Source of the DNA: Mustelus asterias
Taxonomy: Eukaryota
Length of the DNA stretch: 64,000 bases
NCBI RefSeq assembly: GCF_964213995.1
Contig: NW_027590139.1
Coordinates: 1,302,001-1,366,000, forward strand
Reading direction: 5' to 3'
The notes beneath the pieces were generated by a model. That model searched no databases, was not told where the DNA came from, and saw nothing but the letters and a program-made list of their open reading frames with translations. Position numbers and translations under genes: made by a program. Shown here in pieces: positions 35,610 to 47,929 of the stretch. Each line of letters opens with the position of its first letter. Within the stretch, counting starts at the first letter, position 1.

Positions 35610-36956
35610 ATGGGGAAACCGTGGAAATGTGGAGACTGTGGGAAGGGATTCAGTTTCCCATCTCAGCTGGAAACACATCGACACAATCACACTGGGGAGC
35701 GGCCATTCACCTGCCCTGTGTGTGGGAAGGGATTCACTCGGTCATCCAATCTGCTGAGTCACAATCTCACTCATACCAATGAGAGACCCTTTAAATGCTC
35801 TGACTGTGGGACTGGTTTCAAAAGGTCTCAGGATCTGGTGTCCCACCAGCGCATTCACACCGGGGAGAGACCGTTCAGCTGCTCTCACTGCCCAAAGAGG
35901 TTTAGAAGGTCATCCCACCTGCTGTCACACCAGCGCATTCACACTGAGGGGGGACTGTTTAGCTGCTCTCACTGCACAAAGCAGTTTCAAACATCATCCA
36001 ACCTGCGGAAACACCAGCAAGTTCACACCGAGGAGTGGCCGTTCACCTGCTCTGTGTGTGGGAAGAGATTCACTCTGTCATCCAATCTGCTGAGACACCA
36101 GCAAGTTCACACTGGGGAGAGACCGTTCACCTGCTCCGAGTGTGGGAGCAGATTCACCCAGTTATCCAGCCTGCAGAGACACAACGTCATTCACAACAGC
36201 GAGAGACCCTTTAAATGCTCTGACTGTGGGAGCGGATTCAAAAGGTCTCAGGATCTGATGGATCACCAGCGCACTCACACTGTGGAGAGACCGTTCAGCT
36301 GCTCTCACTGCTCAAAGACATTTAGAAGATCATCCCACCTGCGGAATCACCAACGAGTTCACACGAGGGAGCGGCCATTCCCCTGCTCAGTGTGTGGGAG
36401 GGGATTCACTCAGTCATCCAGCCTGCAGAGACACAAAGTCACTCACAGCAATGAGCGACCCTTTAAATGCTCTGACTGCGGGAAAGATTTCAAAAGCTCT
36501 CACCAACTGTTGGTCCACCAGCGCATTCACACTGAGGAGAGACCATTCAGCTGCTCTCACTGCACAAAGAGGTTTACAACACCATCCTACCTGTGGGAAC
36601 ACCAGCGAGTTCACACCAATGAGCGACCCTTTAAATGCTCTGACTGTGGGAGTGGCTTCAAAAGGTCTCCGGATCTGGTGTCCCACCAGCGCATTCACAC
36701 TGAGGAGAGACCGTTCAGCTGCTCTCACTGCCCAAAGAGCTTCAGAACTTCATCCAACCTGCGGAAACATGAGCGAGTTCACACCGGAGCGAAACCGTTC
36801 ACATGCTCTCTGTGTGGGAAGGGATTCAGTGATTCATGCAACCTGCGAGAACACCAGCGAGTTCACACCGGGGAGAGGCCATTCACCCGCTCTCAGTGTG
36901 GGAAAGGATTTAGTGATTCATCCCTCCTGCGGAGACACCAGCGAATTCACAAGTGA
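35610..36956 (+). CDS. C2H2 zinc-finger protein, 15 intact + 1 degenerate finger, no KRAB/SCAN seen
   Basis: Uninterrupted ORF with HTGERPF linkers; upstream splice acceptor ttacag near 35256. Confidence 0.9.
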   Translation: MGKPWKCGDCGKGFSFPSQLETHRHNHTGERPFTCPVCGKGFTRSSNLLSHNLTHTNERPFKCSDCGTGFKRSQDLVSHQRIHTGERPFSCSHCPKRFRRSSHLLSHQRIHTEGGLFSCSHCTKQFQTSSNLRKHQQVHTEEWPFTCSVCGKRFTLSSNLLRHQQVHTGERPFTCSECGSRFTQLSSLQRHNVIHNSERPFKCSDCGSGFKRSQDLMDHQRTHTVERPFSCSHCSKTFRRSSHLRNHQRVHTRERPFPCSVCGRGFTQSSSLQRHKVTHSNERPFKCSDCGKDFKSSHQLLVHQRIHTEERPFSCSHCTKRFTTPSYLWEHQRVHTNERPFKCSDCGSGFKRSPDLVSHQRIHTEERPFSCSHCPKSFRTSSNLRKHERVHTGAKPFTCSLCGKGFSDSCNLREHQRVHTGERPFTRSQCGKGFSDSSLLRRHQRIHK

Positions 36957-37224
36957 TTACTGGTGTTGGATTCTGCTGTTATTGCTGCTGTTAATCACAT
37001 CCAGGACTGAACAGTGTTCATTCTGACAGTTGGTGAAGTGGGAGGGTTGGAGGGTTTTTTTCTGCTGGACTGGCCGGTCTCACAACTTTGCTTCCAATGG
37101 GCTGATGCTCTTTGAGCCTGGGAGAGCACATTTCCACTGAAATGATCCACAAAAACTGATGAAGGACATTTTTTTATCCTGGATAGTAAAGAGTGCTTTT
37201 CCTACGACTAAGGTAGATTTAAAA

Positions 37225-37960
37225 TAAATACAGAAAGAACTGAAAAAACGCAGCAGGTCTGGCAGCATCTGTGGAGAGAGAAACAGAGTTAATGTTTCAC
37301 GTCCAATGTAACTCTACTTCAGAACTAAAGAGAGGGAGAAATGTAATGGGTTTGATGCTGGTGAGAAAGGGGGGAGGGGCAGGGAGAACAAAAGGGAAAG
37401 TCAGGGATTGGTTAGAGGGCGGGTGAGATTAAATGACAAAAATGTCCCGGAACAAAAGGCAAAGGGAGAGGTAATGGTTGTTGGAAAGAAACAATAAGAA
37501 GATTTAACAACAGCAGGTTAAAGTCCAACAGGAACCTGGTGTTGTTAAAACTCTTCATGTGTTTACCCCAGTCCAACGCCGGCATCTCCACATCGTAAAG
37601 AAACAAAGCATTGGCCCAGAGTAAGTGTTAATGGTAGAATAAAGGACAGCTCTGTCTGGAAGCAAAAAAACATGAAAACAAGATGCAGACTGGCACTCGG
37701 CAAATAAAAAACAAATCAAAATGTAGGAGAGAGTTCAGGGTGTGAAGTTGTTGAACTCAATGTTGAGTCCAGAAGGCTGTAAAGTGCCTCATCGGAAGAT
37801 GAGGGGCTGTTTGTCCAGCTTGTGTTGGGCTTCTCTGGAACATTGCAGCAGGCCGAGGACAGAAATGTGAGTGTGAGAGCAAGGTGGTGAATTCTAATGG
37901 CAAGCAAGCGGAAGGTCAGGGTCATGCTTGTGGACTGAGCGGAGGTGTTCCACAAAGAGG
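37225..37960 (-). mobile_element. Penelope-like 3' fragment with a nested short palindromic element (37495-37592)
   Basis: Homologous to 4270-4990 (IEFNNF end, ctgccagacctgctg terminus). Confidence 0.8.
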
Positions 37961-38528
37961 ACAGGGAACAGGCTGCAGGTGAATTAAAGAGAAACAATTT
38001 GTGTCCAGAACATTGTGAACATCCTTTTACTCTGGTTGTCTTTGATCCTCAAGTCACTTTCTGTTTGTTTTAACCATGTTCTGTTTCATTAATAAACTTT
38101 TATCAGTAAAAATTTGATTTTGCTGGACTTTTTCTGACTATATTGATGCACTTTCGGGAAAGCAGGTGAGAGGGGTTGGCAGGCTCTTTAACAGAAAGTG
38201 ACTCCCTCTAAGGTAATTGGCAAAGGAGCCAGAGGGGGAGATGAGATTTTATTTTATTGTTTGACACAGCGAGTTGTTCTGATCTGCCTGAAAGCAGATT
38301 CAATAGAATCTTTCCAACGGGTAAAGACTTGAATGGGAAGAATTTGCAGGGCTGTGGGGAAAGAACAGAGCAGTTGGATGAATCAGAGAGTCCTTTCAAA
38401 GAGATAGCAGGGGCACGATGGGCTGAATGGACTCCTCCTGCAGCCTGTCATTCTCAGCCTCCTGCTTCTGTGCAGGTTAAAAGGGACAGATTTCAGTGCA
38501 GCCTCTTCCCTGTATATGTATTTAAAGA

Positions 38529-39037
38529 TGTGGAGATGCCGGCGTTGGACTGGGGTAAACACAGTAAGAAGTTTAACAACACCAGGTTAAAGTCCAACAG
38601 GTTTATTTGGTAGCAAAAGCCACACAAGCTTTCGAGGCTCTGAGCCCCTTCTTCAGGTGAGTGGGAATTCTGTTCACAAACAGAACTTATAAGACACAGA
38701 CTCAATTTACATGAATAATGGTTGGAATGCGAATACTTACAACTAATCCAGTCTTTAAGAAACAAAACAATGGGAGTGGGGAGAGCATCAAGACATCTTT
38801 TTAGCCTGTCTTGATGCTCTCCCCACTCCCATTGTTTTGTTTCTTAAAGACTGGATTAGTTGTAAGTATTCGCATTCCAACCATTATTCATGTAAATTGA
38901 GTGTGTCTTATAAGTTCTGTTTGTGAACAGAATTCCCACTCACCTGAAGAAGGGGCTCAGAGCCTCGAAAGCTTGTGTGGCTTTTGCTACCAAATAAACC
39001 TGTTGGACTTTAACCTGGTGTTGTTAAACTTCTTACT
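38529..39037. mobile_element. Penelope inverted terminal repeat (palindrome, ~232-bp arms) with 13-bp TSD
   Basis: Arms 38563-38795 and 38807-39037; TSD atgtatttaaaga at 38516-38528 and 39038-39050. Confidence 0.85.
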
Positions 39038-42000
39038 ATGTATTTAAAGAGACAGGTTTCTCTTTCGCTCTGAGAGACAGATATAACAATTGGTTGGAGG
39101 CCCATTTCCCACTCAGTCCTCCAGCACCTCCCAGTCTCTCTATTAGTGCGATCCCCATGGCAGTTTCCCAACTGGGGCGCAGGCCTCGTTATTCTCAGCT
39201 AAATTCAGCCCTCAGCTCCGTCGCCTGGCTCTCATTGACACGAGCAATAGAGAGACAGAAAGGTGCCCCAGGCTCAAATGGGATGTCGAAACTTGGGGCT
39301 TTAAATGAATTATTAAGATCTCTGTAATGATCAATAATTTAAAGAAATGAATTTAAACCCATTGAGTAAATGAAAGAATCACACGACAAAACTTCAAGTT
39401 TTATGACTTTTACTCCGACAAACTGGAAGCAACAATGAGTAAACACGTTTTGTAGAAACAGCTCTTAAGCTGTAAAGTTGAACTTTGCCCTTTTACTCTC
39501 AACACACTCAAATATCCCACTCAATGGTTATGTTTTACTCTGCCTTGGAATGTTGACACTCAATTCTCCAAGAATGTGTCCGGCAAGGTGACTTTTCACT
39601 CCCCAAAAGTGTATTTCCATTGTTTTCCTTTTCCAGTCTGGCAACCTTTAATCCCAGAACTGAATTTCACAGTGATGGTTTTAACACAAGCAAGGTGAAT
39701 CTTCCAGCCTTACTTCGCAATTCTCAGGAAATTGCGACCAACATTCGACATCAGAGCAGAAGTCGGCCATTTGGCCCTTTGAGTTTGCTCCACCATTGAT
39801 TGAGATCATGGCTGATCTGTTTGTGTTGCATTCCACACTGTCATTCTACAGCCGATACTTTAGATTCCCTTACCAACAAGAATTGGTATAAAGGCAAAAT
39901 TCTGCTGCTGCTGGAATCTGAAATATAAACAGAAAATGCTGGACAATCTCAGCAAGTCTGACAGCATCTGCAGAGAGAGAATAGAGACAACATTTTGAGT
40001 CAGGATGATTCTTTGTCAGAGGTGAATACAAGGAAAATCGGACAAAATTTATCCTGTGAGGGTCAAGAATTGGGAAGCAATTATTAAACCTCCTCTGAAC
40101 CACTTTCAATGCGTTTGTATCATTTCTTAAATAGGAGACAAAGCTGCACCCAGTGTTCAAGATGCAGTCTCAGCAACACCCTGTATAACTGAAGTACAAC
40201 ATCTTTACTTCTTTGTTCAATTTCTCTCATAATAAAGGATTGCATTCCATTTGTAAGAAGTTTAATCTGTTTGTATCGAGATTTATGGGGTTCTCTTGTT
40301 TACAATAACCTCCCTAATCATAAATCACGCCAGGTTCCAGTGTCTTAACCATGTGGCAAGAAAGAACACTTTAAATGGTGAATTCAGAAAGTTAATTAAC
40401 CATTAAAAATGTAACAAGTCAGAAAGATAAAAAACAGAGTGTCGATTAACAGTTAATATAGAAAGTTTAACATTAACAATTGAACAGGCTTCTCTCCATC
40501 CCTCTCAGACCAGGACATGAAGTGACCGCTCCAAAAACATGGATAACTTGTAAAACCAACAGCTCTCAACACCTCTCAACACCTCTCTGTAAACATATCT
40601 CCCTCCACCTCTCTCTACCAAATTGGCTTCTCAAGACCACTTCTTTATACTTTAAAAATGTCGAAAGCCCATCTTAGCCAATTCCCATAAATCTTCAATT
40701 ATAAACTAAAATAGACATGAGTTTTCAGATGATTTGAAAAGAAATGAACTGTCTGCTGAAAGGGTTAACTTTTCTACAGAACCTAAAGGGATGGGGAGTG
40801 AGCAGAAAAAAATTGGCACACAATAATACCACTTTACACAAGTATAAAAATCAAAACAAACTCGATTGTAAACTTCATCTCTTAATTTTTTTGTTATATT
40901 CCACAACCTAATTATTTTTATTTGATCAGTTTTTGTTAGGGATGGGTAACTTCAGTTCTTTATAAACTGCTTCACTCATTTTGTTTATTCTACATGGGCT
41001 CAGAAAATCAGAACCCAGACTTTATCATCCTTATCCTTTTTCTCCCTTTGCCACCACTCCCTCTGTTTTGCGGGAGGGTCGTGGGGTTTCCAATCAGAAC
41101 TAATAATTTTATCATAAAAGTTAAATACTGCGGATGCTGGAATCTGAAACAACAACAGAAAATACTGGAAAAGCTCAGCAGGTCTGGCAGCATCTGTGGA
41201 GATAGAATGGAGCCAATGTTTCAGGTATGGATGACCCTTCATAAGAGCTGTTATGAAATGTCTTCCAGACTCAAAATGTTGGCTCTATTCTAATAATTTT
41301 ATCGATAAGTTTCTTGTTCTTCGTTTCCAAATAGCAGGTAAGAGATCTGTCCAGTCCTCACTCGAGCTCTGACTTTTTCACTGGCCATGCTTGGGTCGGA
41401 TTATAACCATTAGAATCTACTCTCAGAGGTCTGCTTTTCAGTCCAGTGCTATTTGGAGTATACCGTTACTTCACCGACTAACGGGTCACATGTCCCTCAC
41501 AGTTCTTATCACAAATTTGGGGTAAAATAAATTAAACAATGCCTGAGAACGCTTTTTAACTTCTTAACCAACTATCTGCCACTGTTTGTTGATTGGTCAG
41601 ACCTCCTCTTCACAGATTTGGGTATCTCAGCCGCTGAACATCAGCCGGTCCTGGAATAAGTTTAATTCTAACTCATTCTGAGTAAATATTCTCACCAGGT
41701 CCTCTGTCGGGGCCCTGCTAAGCAGCTTTAATGGTTCATGATTGCAGAAACTGAGCAGTCACAGGAATGTGGTCAAGATAGTCCAGTCCCATAATGCCTC
41801 ACATTCAATCTGCTGTCCTTCAATTATAACAGAATATGTGGCTGTCTGTAGCTGCCTCGGCCATGGTCAACCCCAACACTGCCTTCCTGAACTGTTATAA
41901 TGCCTGAGGTGTAGGTACACCCACAGTGCTGTTAGGGAGGGATTTCCAGCTACACATTCCAAACTTTCACTGGACTGTAGATGGATACCAGATTGACATA

Positions 42001-42144
42001 TTCCATTCTACCACTCCCAAGGTGAGTTATTCCAATTCCTTTATTGTCCAGGACAATATATTCACAATATTTTTAAAACAGGAATTAAACATTCCCATTT
42101 GGTTTCAGGTACTAACATATTCTGTTAGTTTGTTCTTTATTGTC

Positions 42145-42445
42145 AATGTCAGGCTGGGGTTTTTTCCCTTGGAGCAAAGGAGGTTGAGGTGAGATTTGAT
42201 AGAGGTGGACAAGATTCTGACAGGTTTAGATAAGGTGGACAAAGAAAAGCTGTTCCCATTAGCTGATGGGACAAGTACGAGGGGGACACAGATTAAAAGT
42301 TTCAGGTCAGAGATGTAGGGAGGGATGTGAGGAAGAATATTTTGATGCAGCGAATGGTAATGACCTGGAACTCACTGCCTACGAGGGAGGAGGAAGTGGA
42401 GACAATAAACAATTACAAAGGAAATGAGATGGGCATCTGGGGGAG
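42145..42445 (+). mobile_element. CR1 LINE 3' end
   Basis: RLGFFPLEQRRLR..LIEV.KI motif. Confidence 0.75.
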
Positions 42446-42790
42446 TTTCAAACAGAAATGCTGACTAAATATCTCTCAATTTCCTCACACCCGGTCACTC
42501 TGAAATTTAAAACAAGGTATTCGCAACAAGACTCAAAGAACATCAGCTCACTGGAGGTAAAGTTGTGAGACCGGCCAGTCCAGCAGAAAGAAACCCTCCG
42601 ACCCTCCCCATTGACCAACTGTGAGAATGAACAAAATGCAGTCCTGGATGTAACTGAGAGCAGAAACAATAACAGCAGAATCCAACCCCTGTGAACTTGT
42701 TGGTGCCTCAGTAGCTGTGATGAAATTCCGAACACTTTTTATACACTGAGCAGGTGGACAGTTTCTCCCCAGTGTAACTTCACTGATGTC

Positions 42791-43777
42791 TCAACAGGTG
42801 GGATAACTGAGTGAATTCCGTCCCACACTCAGAGCAGGTGAATGGTCTCTCCCCATGTGAATTCGCTGGTGTCTCTGCAGGTTGGATAACTGACTGAAAC
42901 CCTTCCCACACTGAGAGCAGGTAAATAGCCTCTCCCCAGTGTGAACTCGCTGGTGTCTCCGCAGGTGGGATGACTGAGTGAATCTCTTCCCACACTGAGA
43001 GCAGGTGAACGGCCTCTCTCCAGTGTGAATGTGCTGGTGTTTCTGCTGGGTGGATAACTGACTGAAACCCTTCCCACACTGAGAGCAGGTGAACGGCCTC
43101 TCTCCAGTGTGAATGTGCTGGTGTTTCTGCTGGGTGGATAAGTGACTGAAACCCTTCCCACACTGAGAGCAGGTAAATGGCCTCTCCCCAGTGTGAACTC
43201 GCTGGTGTGTCCGCAGCTCGGATGACCGAGTGAATCTCTTCCCACACTGAGAGCAGGTGAATGGCCTCTCCCCAGTGTGAACTCGCTGGTGTGTCCGCAG
43301 GTCGGATGACCGAGTGAATCCCTTCCCACACTGAGAGCAGGTGAATGGCCTCTCCCCGGTGTGAACGTGCTGATGTGTCCGCAGGTCGGATGACCGAGTG
43401 AATCTCTTCCCACAACGAGAGCAGATGAATGGCCTCTCCCCAGTGTGAATTCGCATGTGTGTCCATAGATTGGATAACTGGTTGAATCCCTTCCTACACC
43501 GAGAGCAGATAAACAGCCTCTCCCCAGTGTGAATTCGCTGGTGTCTCTGCAAAGTGGATAACACAGTGAATCCCTTTCCACACTGAGAGCAGGTGAACGG
43601 TCTCTCTCCGGTGTGAACTCGCTTGTGTGTCAGCAGGCTGGGCAACAGAGCGAATCCCTCCCCACACTGAGAGCAGATGAATGGCCTCTCCCCAGTGTGG
43701 CTGCGCCGATGAGCATCGAGCAGAGAGGGGTATCTGTATCTCTTTCCACAGTCTGCACATTTCCATGGTTTCTCCAT
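42791..43777 (-). CDS. C2H2 zinc-finger protein, 11 fingers then a frameshift (decayed fingers continue to ~42690)
   Basis: [10 protein letters not shown] start at 43777; 1-nt deletion near 42856. Confidence 0.85.
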   Translation of the reverse strand: MEKPWKCADCGKRYRYPSLLDAHRRSHTGERPFICSQCGEGFALLPSLLTHKRVHTGERPFTCSQCGKGFTVLSTLQRHQRIHTGERLFICSRCRKGFNQLSNLWTHMRIHTGERPFICSRCGKRFTRSSDLRTHQHVHTGERPFTCSQCGKGFTRSSDLRTHQRVHTGERPFTCSQCGKRFTRSSELRTHQRVHTGERPFTCSQCGKGFSHLSTQQKHQHIHTGERPFTCSQCGKGFSQLSTQQKHQHIHTGERPFTCSQCGKRFTQSSHLRRHQRVHTGERLFTCSQCGKGFSQLSNLQRHQRIHMGRDHSPALSVGRNSLSYPTC

Positions 43778-44029
43778 GGTGCAGGTGTCCTTGCCTCTCC
43801 CTTGGGTGGCCAATCAGTTGAAGCCTTGTCCACACACAGAACACGGGTACCGTCTCTCCCTGCTGTGAATGGTGTGATATTTATTCAGGCTGTGTAACTG
43901 GTTAAAGCTCTTTAGTCAGTGCACTGGAACACTCTCACTGGGGTGTGGCAGTGTGTTGCTGCTTTTCCACTCACTGATGGCCGAAGTCTTTTCAAATCCA
44001 AGTGGAAGCTTTAATCTGAAGCTCGGTGG

Positions 44030-44430
44030 CCAACTTCCGCATTGAGACGTCACAATGGAGCGCTGCCTGAATCAGCCAATAGGAATTACTCGGCTCCGCA
44101 GTGACGTGTCGGGGTTCCATGGCGCAGGCCCGGCTCGCCGACCCGGGAGCCCCCCCTCCCCCCCCCATTGTTCCCCCTCCCCCTGCACCTCCTCCAGCCA
44201 AGGTTTCCAGGCAACCGGCTGGCGGCTCCGGCCAGAGCGAGAAGCCGCTCGGTGATCTTCCCCTCCCCCCTCTCTCTCCTGCGGCTCCAAAAAGAGATCG
44301 AGAGCGACCGCTGGCGGCAGCCGCACTGCGCCTGCTCCGGACAGCTCGGCTCAGCAGCGCTCTCTGCGCCTGCTCCGGACAGCTGGGCTCAGCGCTCTCT
44401 GCGCCTGCGTGCTGGGCTGCCAGCTGATGG
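44030..44430 (-). promoter_or_regulatory. CpG island promoter of the ZNF at 43777
   Basis: High CpG; CCAAT, gacgtca, repeated ctgcgcctgc NRF1-like sites. Confidence 0.65.
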
Positions 44431-44520
44431 AGTGGGGGAGGGGACTTTGCAAAATCTCTTCCCATCATTTTCTTCCAAGTCCCGCAGTTTGATTTGAAAC
44501 AGAACAGCTTCTGTTTGTAG

Positions 44521-45012
44521 CTTCACCACAGACTCAAACTTCACACACAGACTCAAACTTCACACACAGACTCAAACTTCACCACAGACTCAAACTTCAC
44601 ACACAGACTCAAACTTCACACACAGACTCAAACTTCACCACAGACTCAAACTTCACACACAGACTCAAACTTCACACACAGACTCAAACTTCACACACAG
44701 ACTCAAACTTCACACACAGACTCAAACTTCACACACAGACTCAAACTTCACCACAGACTCAAACTTCACACACAGACTCAAACTTCACACACAGACTCAA
44801 ACTTCACACACAGACTCAAACTTCACACACAGACTCAAACTTCACCACAGACTCAAACTTCACACACAGACTCAAACTTCACCACAGACTCAAACTTCAC
44901 ACACAGACTCAAACTTCACACACAGACTCAAACTTCACACACAGACTCAAACTTCACCACAGACTCAAACTTCACACACAGACTCAAACTTCACACACAG
45001 ACTCAAACTTCA
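44521..45012. repeat. Minisatellite, 18/19-bp unit (ACACAGACTCAAACTTCAC), ~26 copies
   Basis: Direct observation. Confidence 0.95.
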
Positions 45013-45372
45013 TCCTCTGGACAACATCTGTGAGGAAAACACTTTCTTTCTCCCCCTGGGAAATACAGAGACAGAGAAATTCTCTGGAACTGGAATTAGA
45101 GCTAAATATACTGAGGGGGTTTGTGATTTTGTGGAACCTGTTTTTATTGTCTGAGCTTTTTAAAGTGTAATTTATCTTGTCTATTCAAATACTGTTTCTT
45201 AATGCATGATCAGTGATGTTAATTTTAGATTAATTTTTAAAGTAAATTTTTAAAAAAATGAAACATTGTCTTTCAGTTTATTCCATTGTGATTTGTGGGA
45301 ATTTGCTTATTATAAGGTGACCATGAGGATCGTAACAACATTAATATGTCTGGTGTTGTTATATGGTGCATA

Positions 45373-45574
45373 TGATGTAGAGATGCCGGTGTTGGACTGG
45401 GGTGGGCACAGTAAGAAGGCTCACTACACCTGGTTAAAATCCAACGGGTTTATTTGGAATCACGAGCTTTCAGAGCGCTGCTCCTTCTCACCTGATGAAG
45501 GGGCAGCACTCTGAAAGCTTGTGATTCCAAATAAACCTGTTGGACTTTAACCTGGTGTTGTGATACTTCTTACT
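45373..45574. mobile_element. Short palindromic Penelope terminus with CTGATGA...GAAA core, 12-bp TSD
   Basis: TSD atatggtgcata at 45361-45372 and 45575-45586. Confidence 0.8.
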
Positions 45575-46019
45575 ATATGGTGCATAATAGGTATGTTATT
45601 TATGGATTTGTATTACAGTTGATGTTGTAACTACACTGTATATTTTCCAGTCAAAGTGTCATCAGAGCACAAGATAAATCAATTCAGCAACTTGAGTCCG
45701 TGCCAAGTCTCTGTCGGGGAATCCACTCAGTGCCATTTTTCCTCGATATCCCTGTTCCCCAGTATGTTTAATTCCTTCAAGTGCCCGACCAATTTTATTT
45801 TGAAATCACTGGTCGTCTCCACTTCCACCACTCTCATCGTCAGTGAGTTCCAGAACATGATTGCTTGCTCCCTAAGTCAAGTTCTTCCGCACCCATCTGT
45901 ATCTCTAATCATGTAATAGAGTTCTGAATATTGCATACATTTTTACTTCACTAAATATGCAAATTTTTGATATGCTTAGACACAAGCCTGTGTGAAGATT
46001 TCAGGAATATGTGTCCTGT

Positions 46020-46525
46020 ACATGAAACAGTCAGCACGGATCTGTCGATTAGGATGAATCAGCACCCTCAGGACAATGTCTATTTCAGGTCCAGCAAAGT
46101 GAGAATGGAGGGAGAGTGTTTGGGATGGAGATTTACAAATTTTCAAGAATGAGAGGAAAAAATGTTCCACAGAAACTAGAATTGTCTGTTCTGAGTTTTT
46201 ATCCTGTACTGACAGCAATGATTTTTGTGAATTTCTTTCACAGGTTATTAGAAGGGGAGAATTTACAGACACAAATCTCAACAAACATGACGTTAGGATC
46301 TGACAGAGTCACCCAATTATTCAGGATCTGAATACCATCGGCATTTGAAACTAGAATGGGAAATGTTTGTCTGTTCCTTCAAACTGTTTAAACATCAGCG
46401 TGACTGGAAAATCACTGAGACACATACACTCGAGTGAGAGTATTCCAGTGAACTGACTGTGGAAAGAGCTTTGACCAGTTACACAGCCTGGAAAAGATTG
46501 AAGGATTCACAGTGAGGAGAGTGGC
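46020..46525 (+). pseudogene. ZNF cassette 5' portion without a finger array
   Basis: Homologous to 31190-31720. Confidence 0.75.
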
Positions 46526-46975
46526 CATGTATGTGTTATCTGTTATTATGTTTGAGATATTAAAAAGAGTCAACACAGTGTGTGAGTTTGACGCAAAGCT
46601 GATTTATTTGACTTTTAGTGAGAATATTAGCCCCTAAAGTGGTTGGGGTTTATTACCAGTGTAAACGGACCCTAATGAAGATGGTTCAATCCTGAATGTG
46701 AGTAACAGCAACATCCAATCACTGTCGTTACTTGTGAACTCACTGGAGTCTCAGCAGGTGGGATGAAGTCGTACATTCATTCCCACACTCAGAGCAGGTG
46801 AATGGTCTCTCCCCAGTGTGAATTCGTTGGTGTACAGAGAGTTGAGAAGATCGCACAAGATCGCACCAGTCCCACAGTGAGAGCACCTGAATCAGTGTGA
46901 ACACGTTGATGTCGCGTCAGTTCCCCAGAACGTTTATAGCACTTCTCACAGTCTGGGCATTTAAAAGGTCTCTGG

Positions 46976-47845
46976 TCAGTGTGAACTCGCTGGTGTGCAG
47001 TTAGTTGAGTTGATTTGTCTGAACGCAGTCCCACAGTGAGAGCATCTGAAAGGTCTCTCGTCAGTGTGAACACGTTGATGGGACATCAGTTTCTCAGAGG
47101 TTTTGTAGCATTTCTCACAGTTTGGACATTTAAAAGGTTTCTTGTCTGTGTGAACTCGCTGGTGTGTCAGCAGGATCGATGAGGTAGTGAATCCCTTCCC
47201 ACATTCAGAGCAGATAAATGGCCTCTCCCCAGTGTGAACTCGCTGGTGTTTCAGCAGGTCAGATGACTGAATGAATCCCTTCCCACACTCAGAGCAGGTG
47301 AACGGTCTCTCCCCAGAGTGAACCCGCTGGTGAACAGTGAGGTCAGACGATCGTCTGAACCCAGTCCCACAGTGAGAGCACCGGAACGGTCTCTCATCAG
47401 TGTGAACACGTTGATGGCGCATCAGCTCCCCAGAACTTTTATAGCACTTTCCACAGTCTGGACATTTGAAAGGTCTCTCCTCAGTGTGAACTCGCTGGTG
47501 ACTCAGCAGGTGGGCTGAAATAGTGAATCCCTTCCCACACTCGGAGCAGGTGAATGGTCTCTCGCTGGAGTGAACTCGCTGGTGTGTGAACAGAGAGGAT
47601 GACTGAGTGAATCCCTTCCCACATGTGGGGCAGGTAAATGGCCTCTCCCCAGTGTGACTGCGCCAATGCATTTCCAGCTTGGATGGGGAAATGAATCCCT
47701 TCCCACAGTCACCACATTTCCACAGTTTCTCCTCAGTGTGACTGCAATTGTGTCTCCAGAGGTCAGATGATTGTCTGAAGCCGTGTCCACACACACAACA
47801 CGTGTACGGATTCTTCCCACTGTGAAATGTGCTTTTTCCTTCCAT
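46976..47845 (-). CDS. C2H2 zinc-finger protein, 9 complete fingers, frameshifted 3' end (relic fingers to ~46730)
   Basis: [19 protein letters not shown]... ORF. Confidence 0.85.
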   Translation of the reverse strand: MEGKSTFHSGKNPYTCCVCGHGFRQSSDLWRHNCSHTEEKLWKCGDCGKGFISPSKLEMHWRSHTGERPFTCPTCGKGFTQSSSLFTHQRVHSSERPFTCSECGKGFTISAHLLSHQRVHTEERPFKCPDCGKCYKSSGELMRHQRVHTDERPFRCSHCGTGFRRSSDLTVHQRVHSGERPFTCSECGKGFIQSSDLLKHQRVHTGERPFICSECGKGFTTSSILLTHQRVHTDKKPFKCPNCEKCYKTSEKLMSHQRVHTDERPFRCSHCGTAFRQINSTNCTPASSH

Positions 47846-47929
47846 GTTCCAAATCTGATGATATCAAAGTTACGATAAATTGAGCCACTCCGTGAGCTTC
47901 CCAGCGGCAAACTCTCCACTTCTGATACC

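Noticed and set aside
35779-37026. Alternative-frame and antisense ORFs over ZNF genes (also 42780-43844, 55437-55808)
   Set aside because: By-products of the 84-bp finger repeat.
39060-41800. Possible decayed LTR-element internal region
   Set aside because: Only faint motif resemblance; no LTR pair, PBS or convincing ORF seen.
43992-44497. GC-rich overlapping ORFs
   Set aside because: Stop-poor CpG island, no recognisable domain.
44521-45012. CRISPR-like array or cryptic RSS array
   Set aside because: No unique spacers and a eukaryotic context; CACAGAC lacks a nonamer at 12/23 bp.
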